DNA of 62,411 nucleotides, filler included, from Sluysia triapertura (Eukaryota): NCBI GenBank assembly GCA_046118255.1. It is 4 parts of 4 records of this genome, joined end to end, with 100 filler letters (N's around TTAATTAATTAA, not from the genome) between each part and the next. Parts side by side here need not be neighbours in the genome. Positions count along the whole stretch, not along the records: positions 27,556 to 50,068 come from JBJNIA010225127.1; positions 50,169 to 62,411 come from JBJNIA010126187.1; 2 more parts are not named here. One strand, 5' to 3'. Position 1 is the stretch's first letter. The number at the start of each line of letters is the position of its first letter. Positions 48,129 to 62,340 of the stretch are shown here, one piece after another. Below the pieces are notes generated by a model. That model searched no databases. It was not told the DNA's origin and saw only the letters and a list, made by a program, of their open reading frames with translations. Position numbers and translations under genes: made by a program.

Positions 48129-49993
48129 CTGGAAATACAAATTTTTATAGTTTATAACTTTGAATAATTTGAGGATTAATACATACATACATAAGTCCGT
48201 GCGGGTTTTACAATGATGAAAAATGCATACTGATCAAGAATAAAAGCCATACAATGAATTTATTAAATCATTAGAAAATACAAATGTATCTCAGTCTCTC
48301 AATCGGTGAAATATTCTCCGCCGTTCTGGCAGTTTGTCAATCCCATGTTTGAAGAAACTTTGTGATTTTTGGGTCGAAAAATTCTTCAATCCACGTTGTT
48401 ATTGCCTTTTCTCCATAAACGCAACAAATCATTCTGTTGATTAAAATAGAAAAGGATCAGACGTATCTACCTGACACTCCATTTTAATGAGGGTAATGAA
48501 AATGAAAGTTAGTCTAAAATGATTTAAATAGATAATTCAGCTGAATGAATATAACTCAAATCAATTGAAACAAGCAGTTTTTGTGTTTTCTATGCAACAA
48601 ATAAATCCGCACGAATTTATGCACCAACCTAATATTTTTTATTTACGAAACAATTAATGCAAAAATTTTCTTTAATTTTACACTGAAAAATTCGTTTTAA
48701 AATTATTAATTCTGTCTTTGTGTGTTTGCTTAGTTTATTATTTCGTAAATTATGATATTATTTAGACACATACAAGTTCGACTAGGTTAATAAGTGTGCG
48801 GAAACCTTCTTTTAATACTTTCTTTATTATGATATTTCAATAATTATTATAAACAATAATTATCTATTTATTTATACACAAACATATCCATCCATTTTGT
48901 ATTTATTATTAAAATGAATAGATAATAATTTTTATTTTTAAAATTTAATTTTGAATTATTTACTTATAAAAGTAAGTATAAAAGTAATTAAAATCTTTGT
49001 TAATTACAAAAACAATAAATAAATAGTCGAAAACCCTTTTCAATCACGAATACAATTCATAATTATAATAGTTATATCAAAATATCAATTTTAGAATCAA
49101 GTCTTATCGATTACAAATCAATTTCGATCAATTGTATTTTGTTTATCTGTTGACTTATTTTATGTTAACTTATTTTATTGTATCTTGGTAGCGTTACTAA
49201 GCGCTTTATATAATCAAAGAATTTCAAAAGAAAATAATATATCATAAATAATAAATCAAAGATATTAAATATCCGCCCTAAAAATTGATGTATTATGTTT
49301 ATTGCAAATTATTAAGTTATTATTATTATCAGAAGCGATAATAATAATAATAATAATATTAAAAACGATATTTAATAGAACGTACACAACGTAACCCGGA
49401 CAATATAGGTGGATTAACAAAATTAGAGGGTAATTCATATAAATTAAAGATTGACAATATTAATTCTAATAAATTAAAGTTATATGTTAACTCTTGTCAA
49501 TCAGACAAATTTAATTTAGTAACTGTTTGCATACTGATAAAAACTTTTTAGAAATATTTTAATAAAATTACATTTTACTCTTAGTATTCTTAAATTACGT
49601 GAGTATGCTTTATTTCAGATGGTATATTTAAAATACAAATGTGTGTTAGTTGTAATTCCAGAAAATCCAATAATCGTTAATGAAAAAATCGTTAATAGAT
49701 TAACTGAAACAGACCTTATAGAAATCTTCACCAATTTGACTTGGTATGAATTCTAATCTATTATAATTTAAATATATATGTTTTATGAGTAAAATTATTA
49801 TTAGAACAATTTAAAATTTCTAATATATCTAAATTACGTAAAAACGTTCAAGTGTTCATCACAGCAATGAAGTTCTATCAAATGTTCTACATTACTCAAA
49901 CTTCCATCAATAATTTTCACTTTATTAGAACTAGTATTTAAATAATTTAATCTAGCTACAATAAATTGCAATTTTAAGAATATTCTGTACAAT

Positions 49994-50068
49994 TTAACCC
50001 CTTCCCGGTTTACTACGTGTATACACGTTGAACATTCGAGTGACCATAACGTTCTTACTACGTGTATA
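49994..50068. mobile_element. piggyBac-like terminus
   Basis: TTAA followed by CCCCTT and two copies of the subterminal motif TTACTACGTGTATA. Cut off by the contig end. Confidence 0.55.
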
Positions 50069-50168
50069 NNNNNNNNNNNNNNNNNNNNNNNNNNNNNNNN
50101 NNNNNNNNNNNNTTAATTAATTAANNNNNNNNNNNNNNNNNNNNNNNNNNNNNNNNNNNNNNNNNNNN
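50069..50168. other. Artificial contig-joining spacer (44N-TTAATTAATTAA-44N)
   Basis: Same 100-nt structure as at 13717. Confidence 0.97.

Positions 50169-50245
<77 letters not shown>
50169..50245. repeat. (TAT)n microsatellite at contig start
   Basis: Near-perfect run. Confidence 0.9.
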
Positions 50246-50549
50246 GATTATTAGTTACAGTTTATTGTTTATTATTGATTATTAGTTATTAAATTATTAA
50301 ATGTATTAAATTATTATTATTATAATCTAGTACACAAGATATTATTCATCACAACAATTGATTATTAATGCGTAGTGGAATGAGCAGTGCTACGTAAAGA
50401 TCAAATAACCTTAAATCTTGAACAGTTCCATAGGGTTTAAATAGCTGAAGCTATTTAGCTAGTAACAGACATTAATTTTGTGATCTATTTTTAAATCATA
50501 AGTAAAAAAGGAAAGGTAGATATTTTTTAAATCATAAATTTTTCAAGTA

Positions 50550-52700
50550 ATCACTTAATCCAATTGTTTATAAATCATTTACTGTTATAAGTTGTTAATC
50601 TGATAATCGTTTTCTTGTAAGGCTTCGTCATCTTTATTATTAACATTTTCTGTCTGTATCAATCTCTTGATCGTCACTTGAACTTGTTTCCTCGTATGAT
50701 TCTAATTTATTTGATTGTTTTCCTTTGTCATTTATTTCATTCTGATTTGTTTCTTCCTTAAAACTGAATTCGGTATTTGATTATACTTTTTTGTCATTAC
50801 TTTCTATTTTCTATTTGGTTCAATTTTCCTTGCCTTTTATCGATTATTTCTTGAATTATTTTTCTTTTATCTTCATTTGTAATTACTTTTTTTTATCTGT
50901 TCGATTCCTTCTCGAATCGAATTTCTCGAATTGTTAATCTATTTTTCTCCTTTTCTCATTCACTTCTTTGTTTATCTTTTTGAAATTCTAAACATCTGTC
51001 ATGCATGTAACTCAAAAAATTTACTATTTCTGAATCTATTTTTATCACAATCTAACCCAGTAATATAAAATTCTCTAAGCATTGCATTCTTTTCCTCGTC
51101 GGTAATTATCATCTTTATCATTTTCTTCATCGCTTTTGATTTCTCTTATTGATTCTTTGCTTTTCTTATTTCTTTTCTCTTCATACTGATATTCGTCTTC
51201 ATATTCATTTTTGTTATTTCTATAATTACAATTTATTTGTCCCTTATCACTCTTATTATTATTATCATTAAACCTTTGGTATCTTTGTTATTGTTGACCT
51301 CTTACTCTAGTAAAGTCTTGAGTAAACACATTCTGCCTATAATTTCTTGCGTAATGTCCTTTTTTTATTAAAGTTGTCACAGATTATTTCCCCATCTATA
51401 TTAGTTTGTGTCCCATTATTGTTTTAATATCTCATAGGACTCTTATGTTCCTATTAAAATTAGAACTAGGTGGCCATCTCGGTGATGGTCTTTGCTCATA
51501 ATTAGATGCACCATAATTACTTGTTCTATTATTTTGAAATCATCTGCTTCTATTATTAATTCTCCTATAATTATTGAATTATAATTATTTGAATTAATCC
51601 TATAACTATTTGAAATGCCTCTATGTGGGCTACTAAATCTATTGTAATTATTATTTCGATTATTATATCCATAAATTTGAAGAATTGTTCGTATATGTAT
51701 TATTATAATTATCAAAATTATCTTTATTTCTTGTAAATTAACTCTCTTTATGTGTTTGTCGTCATTATCACTTACGTAATTAATGTTATCTCTATCATCA
51801 CTATAAGATCTTTCTATACTTCTTAATTTTTTAATTATTTCCTTAATTCCGGACGAAGATCAATTTTCAATTTAACTAATAATGTTGATTCCTTTTTATC
51901 TTCAGGGACTTTTGCTCTAGCAATAAGACTTTTAAGAGCGCAAGCGAATTCATATATAGTTTCGTTTGGCTTTTGTATTCTTACGTTTAGTTTCTTTGTA
52001 TAATATTTTGCCATATCATCGAGGGCTATTTCCTTAGTAAAAGCTTTTACAAATGCATTCCAAGATTGCTTATCATTATTACTTATTTCCTTATAAGTTT
52101 GAATTGCTACTCCAGTTAAATAGTTTTGCATTCACTGAATTTTCTCAATTTTATTACAGGCGTTAGCTACGGCGATACTTTCATATTCGAAAAGAAAGCA
52201 CAGAGGTCTTTCTTTGCTCCGTTAAATCTTCTCATTTCTGGTGAAGTTAATATGGGACGTATATCTTTTGCTAATTGAGCCATGTATTCTCTGAAATCGT
52301 TAGGTAATGCCACATAATTTCTTAATTTTGCTCTACAGTCATATAATACAATTTACTTATCTATTTTTACTTAAAACTCACTTACGTAAAGTATAATCTT
52401 TATAAAACTATTAATAATTAACTTAAGGTATAGTAATTTACTCATATATAACTTATTCTTAACTAAATATTAGGGTTAATAAAATCGTAATTATTCTGAA
52501 ATTATTCTTAAGCTAATAACCTAATTGTTCTTATGCACTATCTCTTATATGTTTTACGTGAAGCTTTTTCAATTATTATATACTAATTCTTTTATACTGG
52601 ACATCAAATTTTAAATACTTAAAACTTTGAAATTTATTATTAATTAATTCTTGTATGCTGCTCCTCATTCTAGGAACCAGTTTATTCTGTGAGATTTAAT
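50550..52700 (-). mobile_element. Ty3/gypsy gag remnant with PBS
   Basis: ORF 52131-51835 (NYLTGVAIQTY...SWNAFVKAF...RIQKPNETIYEFACALKSL...LRPELRK) is a retrotransposon gag domain. An Asn/Arg-rich linker and a degenerate knuckle ICDN..KGHYARNY follow at ~51390-51340. PBS-like TGGTTCCTAG starts at 52679 on the minus strand and is compatible with a tRNA-Glu 3' end. Confidence 0.8.
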
Positions 52701-54056
52701 TTTATTTTACTCAAGAATAAAGATACGAGTATGAGTTCATCAACGTGTCTAGTCATATCAGCTAGGGCTAGCCGTTGGATTTCTTAAAAGAAAGTAACTA
52801 TAGGAGGTCAAACTTAAATACTCCGTAATCTAAATGAATTGATGTATATTAGTAAAGGTTACTGGAGTAGTTAAATTGATTATATTTCTTAATGAGGGTT
52901 AATGAACCATTATTTTGCAAGAATTTTTTGAAATTTAAGAATAAATTTTACGTGTTTCAATAAAAGTAAACAAAGTTGATGTTAATAAAAAGCTTTTTTA
53001 ATAACTAGTTATTAGATTGGTATTTTACAAAAAATCCTCTTCAATAGGATTTGTACTTAAATCAATTTACAATTTCCGATAAATTTCAATATTTTATAAC
53101 TATGGAATTTACACAATGTTTTAAATAGAATTGACAATGAAATTATTATCAAAGAAAAAACTTTTATGAAGTTATATTATACAAAATAAAAGATGAATGT
53201 TACAAATTATAAGAACAATTTCGTACAGTACAGATAATCCTTTTAACTAAAAATAATTTTAATTAATACTTTGCAAAGAACCTTTAAATGGTTCTAAAAA
53301 ATATTCAATAATAGTTTGAGTAAATTTTACTTCTAAGCAAAAATAAAATAACGAATTTAAGACAAAAATTTAATTCTTTGAAAACTGTCCACGAGCAAAA
53401 AATGATCAACTCCACAAATATTGAAAAGTATAATTAAAAGTTATGAATTTTTATTCAATAGTGTTACCTATTTATATTAATTTTTTGGGTTGATCTTGGA
53501 CAATTACATAACTTGTAAAACAAATTAATTTTTTTTATAATTTATATTTACAAAATAAATTATATTAATTAAATAATAATTTAATTACTTATATTAATCC
53601 AATAAATTAAATTATTCCAACAATTGAACAAAAATCATAAATAAATCATTTACAAAATTGATTAAATATTAATAAAGACCAAAAGAAATCATTATAACTC
53701 AGACAGTTTATTTACATTATAAACGAACCAAATAATCGAGTGTATAATAAAAGCTAATTTTTATAATGAATTTAAATTCATTTAAAAGATCTTTTTTAGA
53801 TCTAATTTAAACTTACTAAATTATTTAATCTCGCTATACTTAGCGGAAACAGAATAAACAACTATCTTTAACCTCAAGTACTTAGATTTTCTTGAGTGTG
53901 TAAGCCCGGTGTCATAGAGGACTCACGCATACAAACGCATAAGTAAAAAATAAAATTAAAGTTTTAAAGTTTGAATCACTATCATGGGAAACAGTGGTGT
54001 ATATATAATTAGACAAACATATTGGATAATTTATACTTAATTATAAACTTTTTTAG

Positions 54057-57000
54057 GAATCAATACACCTCGTCTAGAGACAGTTGAGCATTGTATGAAA
54101 TTGAGTCAAATGATTGTTCAAGCTACAACAGAAAGACAGAGTCCTTTAATGCAACTGCCACACATTACTGATGATATGCTACGTTATTTTGTTACGAAAA
54201 AGGTTATTTCTCTAATTTTTTATTTAAATTTAGGTTATGAAAACTGAATTATCTTTGATGGCTTGAATTTTCCATAAAAACATTTATTATGGATAAAATA
54301 ATTATTAAATAATCATGTGAACAAATATTTTTTCTTAAGATATTATTTATTACATTTGAATATTTAGATAAATTGCGATATAATTTAGGATTTTGATTAA
54401 ATGTTCTTATTTATATTATCCGATATTTTAATTATTCTGCTAAGGATGCTAATTGTTTTATCACTTTATTGTATCTTTAATATTTATTCAATTAATATAT
54501 TCATCATATAAACAAAAATATTAATTTTTTAATATTAGATCTTATTTTTATTAAAGTATGTTTTATCCAACCGGAAATGATATTATATTTTGATTTTACG
54601 ACATATAGTTTAAGATTCATCAAAGTACATGTGAGTGAGCGTTGTCTGTTCAAGTCATGCGTAAATTCATGAGTTATAACAATAAATCATAAAATTGAAA
54701 TAATTTTAAGATAAATGTCAAAAAATAATTTATTTCATTTTGGAATTTATACTAGATGGTTGACAAAAGGCCTATATATTTCTTGAGTTAAATGAAACAC
54801 AAATAAATAAAGGATAACATAGGATTTCTTTCTAAATTTTTTAAAATATTTTTGGGGTAATATTTGGTAGAACTGTGAAGCTTAAATGCATAATTATTGA
54901 ATTAATAAAATTATTAACCTTTAATTAATTATGAAATAAATAAAAGTACTTAAATTGAATATTATCAAGTAAATTAAAATACTAAAATTATATATTAATA
55001 ATATGATTTAATTAAAAATGTCGCTCGCTAATAATTTACAGCATCACAAGCAAGCATGAGATGAGTTGGTTATAATATTATCGTAATAAAAAGATAAATA
55101 ATTGAATAGAAATATAAATTAATAGTGATGTCAAAAAATATCTAAATCAAAAAATGACTGTTGATTATGAATAATAAACTTGAATGATTACACAAAAATG
55201 TAGAGAATATTTCCACGATTCTTTTACGTCAATATGTTACTTACTGATCTTAGTTCTGGTTTATGTAATAGTTTAATGATTCGAATTTACTACGCTTAAT
55301 ATTCTAAATTAGTTACCTGCTTTATGTTATTAGTCAATTTGTAATTTTTGAATTTAACTATTAATTTAAAACATGAGATACTAAATTGTATTAAACTTGT
55401 TAAACTAGTGCAAACATTGTGTATTATGTTCCCTGTAAACAGGAAAACAAGTGCGCACAGTTGTAAAACATCTGCGCAAATAAAGAGAAAATGTCAGCGC
55501 ACAAAAGTTTCTTACTCACAAAAAAATATTGGCTCAATGTCAAAAACTTTGTTTAAATATCGGTTTTGAGAATGGAATTTTTATTTCTTTAGCAACGAAA
55601 AAAATTACTTAAGTATAGTTTTATGATTGTTGAAAACAAGGGCTACTTAAATCCGTGATAATCATGACCCTTTGTTGTTCTGTGTAGTACCAAGGCTGTT
55701 TACTTAAAGTTTACTTGCAAGACTCGTTTTATAAAAGTAGTGTAATATTAACACCTGGTTTTTGTGCTTCATTGGAGCATTGAAAAGTTAAACATTGTAA
55801 CATCTAAGTTCATAAACAAGGAAGATTTTGTTTTCAGTGTTCTTTCAGGAAGAATATTGGAAATTTAAAGGTTTATCTGAGAAAAAATTATCTGGAAGTT
55901 GTAAGACAAAAACCAGCATTTGAACCTTTAACTAGTTTTTAACTGAGTTTTAAAAGCAAAGGTGATTCAGTTGTCTAGAATTTTAGATGCTTAAAATTCT
56001 ACAAGGTACTCTATACCGGCAAGTGAAGGATTTTTTATGAAAAAAAGAAATTTGAAAGCTTTGAAACTTCAGTTTTTATGCTCATAGAAAATTGAAATCA
56101 AAATCTGTGAACAGTTTTTTTAGAACTAATGCAACTTGCTTATAAAAGTCAATAATGTTCTGATTTGGCAAAGTTCTTGGACATTGCTGGACATTTATGG
56201 AATCAAGTGCAGTCTGTGAAAGGGAATTTAGTTTAATGAATTCCATTAAAACCAAGCAAAGAAATAGAATAGGTGATGTACATTTGGACATGTTGTAAGA
56301 ATTAAGAGCTGTATTCAAAGTAATGGTGTGGTTGATTTAGAAAGTGTGTACAAAGCATAGGTACAGGCAAAAGATAGAAGAGAGAAGAATTAGAATATTT
56401 GTACATAATTGACACAAGCAAAAAGTAGAATGTGCAATGAGACAATTTATTTGCTTTAAGTAATTGTTTTATTGTAGCTTATAGTATTATCTTCAAAAGT
56501 TTATTGTATTTCTACTATTGGTCTTGTAAAGAAATAAAGAGTCTATAAAATGAATAAATTGTTTTCGTGTCTTTTGTTCATTCTTGTGTGCACAGTGCAC
56601 ATAATTAATTTCAGTTTGTCATACTTTGTCATACTAATTTATAACTCCATCTCCTCATACCACTCAATGTGGTTGATAATCAATATTTTTGCACGTCAGC
56701 TGAAAAAATTTGTGATTTAGATACTTATTTTAGATATTGTACTTTTTACATGAATTACAAAAATATTTTGAAAATTTGAATTATATGAAATTAAAGTGAC
56801 AGTAATAGCAGGATTCCCATCTTTAATAATTTTTTATTTCTCATAATATAGACATTAAATAATATGTAAAATTTAAAAAGCTTGATGATAATATAAACTG
56901 TTTAATCTTAGTTTTTAGCAAATACTTTTAACTCTTATGATTTGTTCTTTACCTTATCACTTTACAACCGTTTATTGTACTGCAAATATAGTGTAAAATT

Positions 57001-58824
57001 CTAAAATTAGTAACTTTATACTTTGTAATTTTAATGATAATACTTTAGTTGCTTATAATTATTCCAGGCTTCAACTTTATACCTTTTTAAGGATTCGTTA
57101 ATTCTTTTACAAATTATTCGACAATTATTGCTTGTTCTGAAGTTTAAGTATTACTCAAATGATTCTTTATCTAATTAGTTTATTTTTCACCGATTTCTTT
57201 CTTAAGATTAAACTTTCTTCAATCTAAATAACTCTTTACTTAATTTATTCGAGATCTCTTAATTTTGAGATTAAATTCAATACTCGTGCCAATTATTATA
57301 ATTGATTAATTTAAACTTTCAGAACCTTATTTTTCAACTTTAAAATAAAGAAACCGCATTTAAATGATAAATCAATATAATTCGGATACGAATAAAATTC
57401 AAGATATTTGTTACAAACTTCAAATAGTATAATTTATAAACGCTTCGGTTTATCAATTCAAATTTTAATTTTATTGCTAATACAGTGGTTAAATCAATAA
57501 CTTAGGTGTGTAAAGTCGTTTTCTGGTATTGTCCATTTTACTGTGATCCTATTTTAGTCTCTGAACCAAATAGCCTGTTTAATCCTTAAAGTCTTTTGTA
57601 TCTGTTGTCAAAATAATTGTTCAAACAGAAAATTTATAATCAATTTTGTTAATTTCTATTTTCTTATGGTTACTTTCAGCGGGTTCTCTTATTTATAACA
57701 AAATCCAAAATTATAAATAATTATAATTATAAATCCGTAATTAAACAAAACATCATGTAATAAATATAAATTATAAATTATTGATGTGTAAATATTTTTA
57801 TTTAATATCGCTATTTATTTGAATTTATACGTACAAGATTTAGTTATTTATTTTATTAGCATACATACTATTAGTGACTCACCATTTATTCAGGCATTCA
57901 TAATTACATTGGCTCACTATTTTGACAAATTAGACAAATTTGACATATTAGAGGCATTTAATTTATTTAATTTATCTTTTAGACATTTGATTAAAACATT
58001 TTATTATTAGAGAATATTTTACAGAAAATAAAATAGAGAAGATATTTATTTCAAGAGAATATAGTAAACTTAAAATATTTACAAATATTTAAGTTTTCAT
58101 TTGCTAGAAAACAGTGTTTAATCTAAATTCAGAGTGAATAATAAATAACTATTTAAAAGTAAAAGCAAACCATCAAGTTCATTTTAAATTTTCATTGGTA
58201 TTGCTTGTTTATCTTTTTATGATATTTTAAGATAATTTATCACTTTGGATTTATGGTTTTGTTAAATTTTGTCGTTTGATTATCTTTATTCAATTGATTT
58301 TAATTTTTCAACTTTATGATTACAATTACAAAGTGGTTACATATTATCGTGAGTAGTTTTGACTAGTCTCGTTCGCTGATTATGAGTTATAGTCTGAAAT
58401 TAATACAGTAATAGGACGAAGTTTTATCACATTTATTTATTAAAATATAAAAGGACTAAAAGGAAATAAATAAAATTTCAAAAATGTATTTTAATTTTTA
58501 ATAATATAGATAAACAACTAAATTATTAATCGAATTTACACTTTATTAGATCTACATTTTTGTATTAAAATATGTCTACGTAGTACTAAAAAGCGCATAT
58601 TTATTAAAACGAACAATTTAGCAAGACTTTTGTAATTATTTTTATATTTTAATTAATTATTTTAACAAATAATTTAGCGAAATATAAGAAATATTCGTCA
58701 ATTGATAGAAATGAAAGATGAAGATCGGAGAAGTATGTTAAGGTCTTTAACTGACGAGCAATACCGAGATTTACTTATTGTAAGCTTCAATATGCCTTTC
58801 ATTACTATGGAATGTAATTGTGAG
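54057..58824 (+). CDS. SEC63: Translocation protein SEC63, two internal exons (Sec63/Brl domain)
   Basis: Exon 54057-54202 (GINTPRLETVEHCMKLSQMIVQATTERQSPLMQLPHITDDMLRYFVTKK) splices in phase 0 to exon 58678-58824 (RNIRNIRQLIEMKDEDRRSMLRSLTDEQYRDLLIVSFNMPFITMECNCE). Compare human LENCMKLSQMAVQGL..SPLLQLPHI...KIKTIQDLVSLKESDRHTLLHFLEDEKYEEV...PYVTM. Canonical AG/GT boundaries. Confidence 0.93.
55424..56605 (+). mobile_element. hAT transposon remnant in the SEC63 intron
   Basis: Left end ATGTTCCCTGTAA resembles the TIR of the MITE at 2194, with GCGCA subterminal repeats. The C-terminal dimerisation motif TFMESSAVCEREFSLMNSIKTKQRNRIGDVHLDML lies at ~56190-56295. Right TIR not seen. Confidence 0.75.
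56950..57700 (-). mobile_element. Possible degenerate retroelement env-like remnant
   Basis: DNRYKRL*GLNRLFG (~57610-57565) resembles a furin site plus fusion peptide (RxKR-GLxN...LFG). KGIKLKPGII occurs further downstream. Many stops. Confidence 0.25.
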
Positions 58825-61116
58825 GTTGGTTTATTTTTACCTAAAATGAAAGAAAATTAAAACAATGTATAAATGTCATTAGACATTAAATTTCACAAGA
58901 ATTTAAGCTATTCACTGAAAAATTGATACAGCTAATCTTTTGAAAAATAACGAATTTTCATTATTAAAATACGGAAGTAAAAATTTACAGTTAACTTTAT
59001 TAAATAAGGTGGAAGAGTTTGAATGATTATTAAAAGAACGCAATTACTTATTATAATTCTTCATCTCATAGTATTTGTTTGGTTTAATTGAGTTTTAAAA
59101 ATTTTCATATAAATGGTATATTGATATTGATACTCAAATACTCAAAATTTTTATAATAGTATCAGAAAAGGTTTTATTGCGTCTATCACGTGTTATTACA
59201 ATAATTTAACGCGTATATATTTGTATTTAACGAATGGCCATGAGGCCGTAAGTGAATAGTGGTAACTAGTTCTAAATCATTCAGTGTTTTAGAATTAATA
59301 TTTTTGTAAATTAAGGAGAACTTCTGTAGTCTTAGTTAAGATGTAGCTGCCTTTTAAACATGGAAATATATTCTGCAAGTAAGTCTTATTTTTTTGTTGA
59401 ATTAACAATTGCTTTTTTTGAAATAAATATCAAATGCTAGGATGCTAAACAACTCTTGAAATGACTTAAAGTCGCAGCATATTTAACTCTTAATTTTTTG
59501 TTTAAAAATTTATCGAAAAGGCAGCTACTAAACTCATTTTTTTAAAATACCTTTTAAATTAAAAAATTATATAATGTTTGTGTACCTGAAATTTCATTCC
59601 AATACATCATTAATATAATTTTATTACAATTACACTTGGAAAATTTGATATCAGAACTACTAAATATGGAATTCTCATAATATTTCATCAAAATTTCAAA
59701 TTTTGGAGGCATAGTGGGGAACATCGTTCGAATAATAGATGGTTATTTACATTTAAAGAGTCAAAATGGGATCTAATATCGCGTATCATTTTTAAAAAAT
59801 TTAAAGTAATTAAAAAGTGCCCTTGAAGGTCAGGTAAATGTATAATAAAATAATAATAATTATAAAAAAATATAGGATTAAAAATGTAAAAATTATGTTT
59901 TTATTTATTGAAAGATTTAATTTAATGTCTTAGTTACTTCTTTTAAAAACTTTTTCTTTGATATTCTTTTATTAACTTAGTATGAATTTATTCTAGAGGT
60001 TTCAGTCCTCTTACTCGTCTCTGATGTTAAAGAAAGAAGTACCAATTAGTAATTTACAGTCCCAAGTCATATCTTTAGATATCAAAATAAATAAGCCTTA
60101 AATTAAACAAAAACTTTATTCACAAATTTATAAATCTCAAAACAACCCAAAATAGAAATTTTGTTGTACAAAATTATTTTAGTTATAAAATTTTACAATT
60201 TACTTTATTTTTTTATCAAAATTTTACACTTGCTTTATATTCTAATTGACGGTGATAAATTTGCTGTCATTTCTTCTAACACTAGTAGTATTGGCGTTCC
60301 TGTAACTATATAAGCTAAAAATTATATATATAGTTACTAAATGCTCACTTATATAACTTAATTTATTTTACGAATTTCCTTAATTCTTTATTAAAACTAG
60401 TTAAATTCTTCCCAACTGAAATCAATAACTTTACAAATCTTATAAAAATCAAACAATAATAATAGATTATACAGTATTATTTATCAAAACAGTATTTTTA
60501 AAAAAACTGACAAACGATTGGACTGAAACATGTAAAATTTAAATATTATAATTAATTAATTAAATATTATAATCTTATTAATTTGTGATAAAATAAAATT
60601 TTAAAGTAAATTTTATTCCTAAATATATCGGAAATCTAATGATTTGAAATTCGATTTTAGGTATATTTTAAGATATTAATTTTCAGAAAAGTTAATATTT
60701 TCGCTATTTCAACCAATATTTAATGTTAACTTATGCTAAGATTGTCCACGAAAAATGTTCTACGAATTGCATGTAATATTACGAATATTGTTCCCTAATA
60801 ATTTGAATGAATAGCTTGCCTGGATCAAATTACCAATTGTTAATTCCAACGGGTTGACGATGGATTGGTAAAATAAATTTGTATTTGGAAAGAGAACCTA
60901 ATATCTTTAATTCTAAAATTGAATATAAAGAAGTTAAAAAAGCGCAAGAAAGGTTGCAATTGTTTAAAATCATCACGTCTTAAACATTACTGCGAATGTT
61001 CAAATTTATGCAGATGTCGATGATATTTTAATACAAATCAACTTTTTTAAGAAGGATATTGTGGTTTAAAGAATGAATCGACTAAATATTCATCACAAAA
61101 CAGCGAAACAATCTCT

Positions 61117-61347
61117 TTGTTGTCGGAAAATGAAAATGAAAATCGAATAAAATACGGAACAATTTCAAGCAATTCGAGAATACCTAATGCATATTTTGTT
61201 ACTGGCAAGCCAAATCTTATTTCAAATCATGTTGATTATGTACCAACATTGTTTCCGTGGTCAACAAAGGAAGGTCGAGATAAAATGTTTAAATCTGTAC
61301 AAGAGTATGAAGCTAAAATTAAAAAATTAGAACAAAATATTATCTGA
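61117..61347 (+). mobile_element. THAP zinc-finger remnant (transposon-derived)
   Basis: SNSRIPNAYFVTGKPNLISNHVDYVPTLFP matches the THAP C-terminal pattern xxRICSxHFxxGKP...DYVPTxF, with the Cys and His ligands mutated. A coiled coil follows. Confidence 0.65.
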
Positions 61348-62338
61348 AGCTTTTCTCAGCAACTCATGTGCATGATCAAATTAAAATAAAACAGACAAAT
61401 AATCCATCTGCATTAACTGACTTAAAACTAGAAACATAACACAACATAAACAGTTATTGATTGTTGATGCTTTAGAAAAAGCAACAAAAAATATATTAGA
61501 TAAATTAGAATAAAAGATAGAAAAGAATGTAGATGATGTAGAAGAGAGTGTAAAAATCTGTAGAAGAAACTAATAGAGAAATTAATAGAAAAAGTAAAAG
61601 AAATAATAGAAAAGGAAAAGTCAATAAATGCAGAAACACTAAACGAAGACAATGTAGATGAGAAGATTCATAGAAATATTGGAAATCAAGCAGAAATAAA
61701 AGTAGAAAGAATGATGAAAATATTAAAAATGAATCAAAAGATCAATATAATGTTGAAGATAAAATTGAAGAAAAATTGGACGATATGGTTAAAGGTATAG
61801 TTAGGTCTGAAAATTCTGAAGAATTTAAAGCAGCCGACAAATCAGAATAAGCATATTCAATGTATACATCGATCAAACTCGATGATTAACAGAAACTCAA
61901 TCGTGCTTATTCAAAAATAATTCAATGATCCATCATCAACTGAAAGGTTGAAACTCTTAAGTGCAATTATCAAGAAAACTATTTCTTATCTATCAAAATA
62001 TGGAATTTAGTTAATTTGAAAATTGAATCAATTCAACTGGATCCTTGTTTCACAATAAATTTAATTATGGATTTAATGATGAAATTATGAAAAGAATTAT
62101 AACTGCCATTCAATGATGTACAAGGATTTAATGCATTAACTAATTCATTTGTAATATCAACATTTAAAATTGATCTTAACCCAAACTCTTTTCAATCTGA
62201 TATTGAATTATAATTATACATTTCAAAATGCTTATTCAAGTCAATCATTAATTGCATTTTTACTATTTTAACGTCAATTTTAATGCAAATTTTATGGGCT
62301 ACAGGTTAAAACTTGTGTTGCTTATTCTTAATTCTATT

Positions 62339-62340
<2 letters not shown>

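Noticed and set aside
49584-49744. Plus-strand exon pair with a 20-nt GT-AG intron (MVYLKYKCVLVVIPENP...)
   Set aside because: No recognisable homology, and an intron this short cannot be supported without transcript data.
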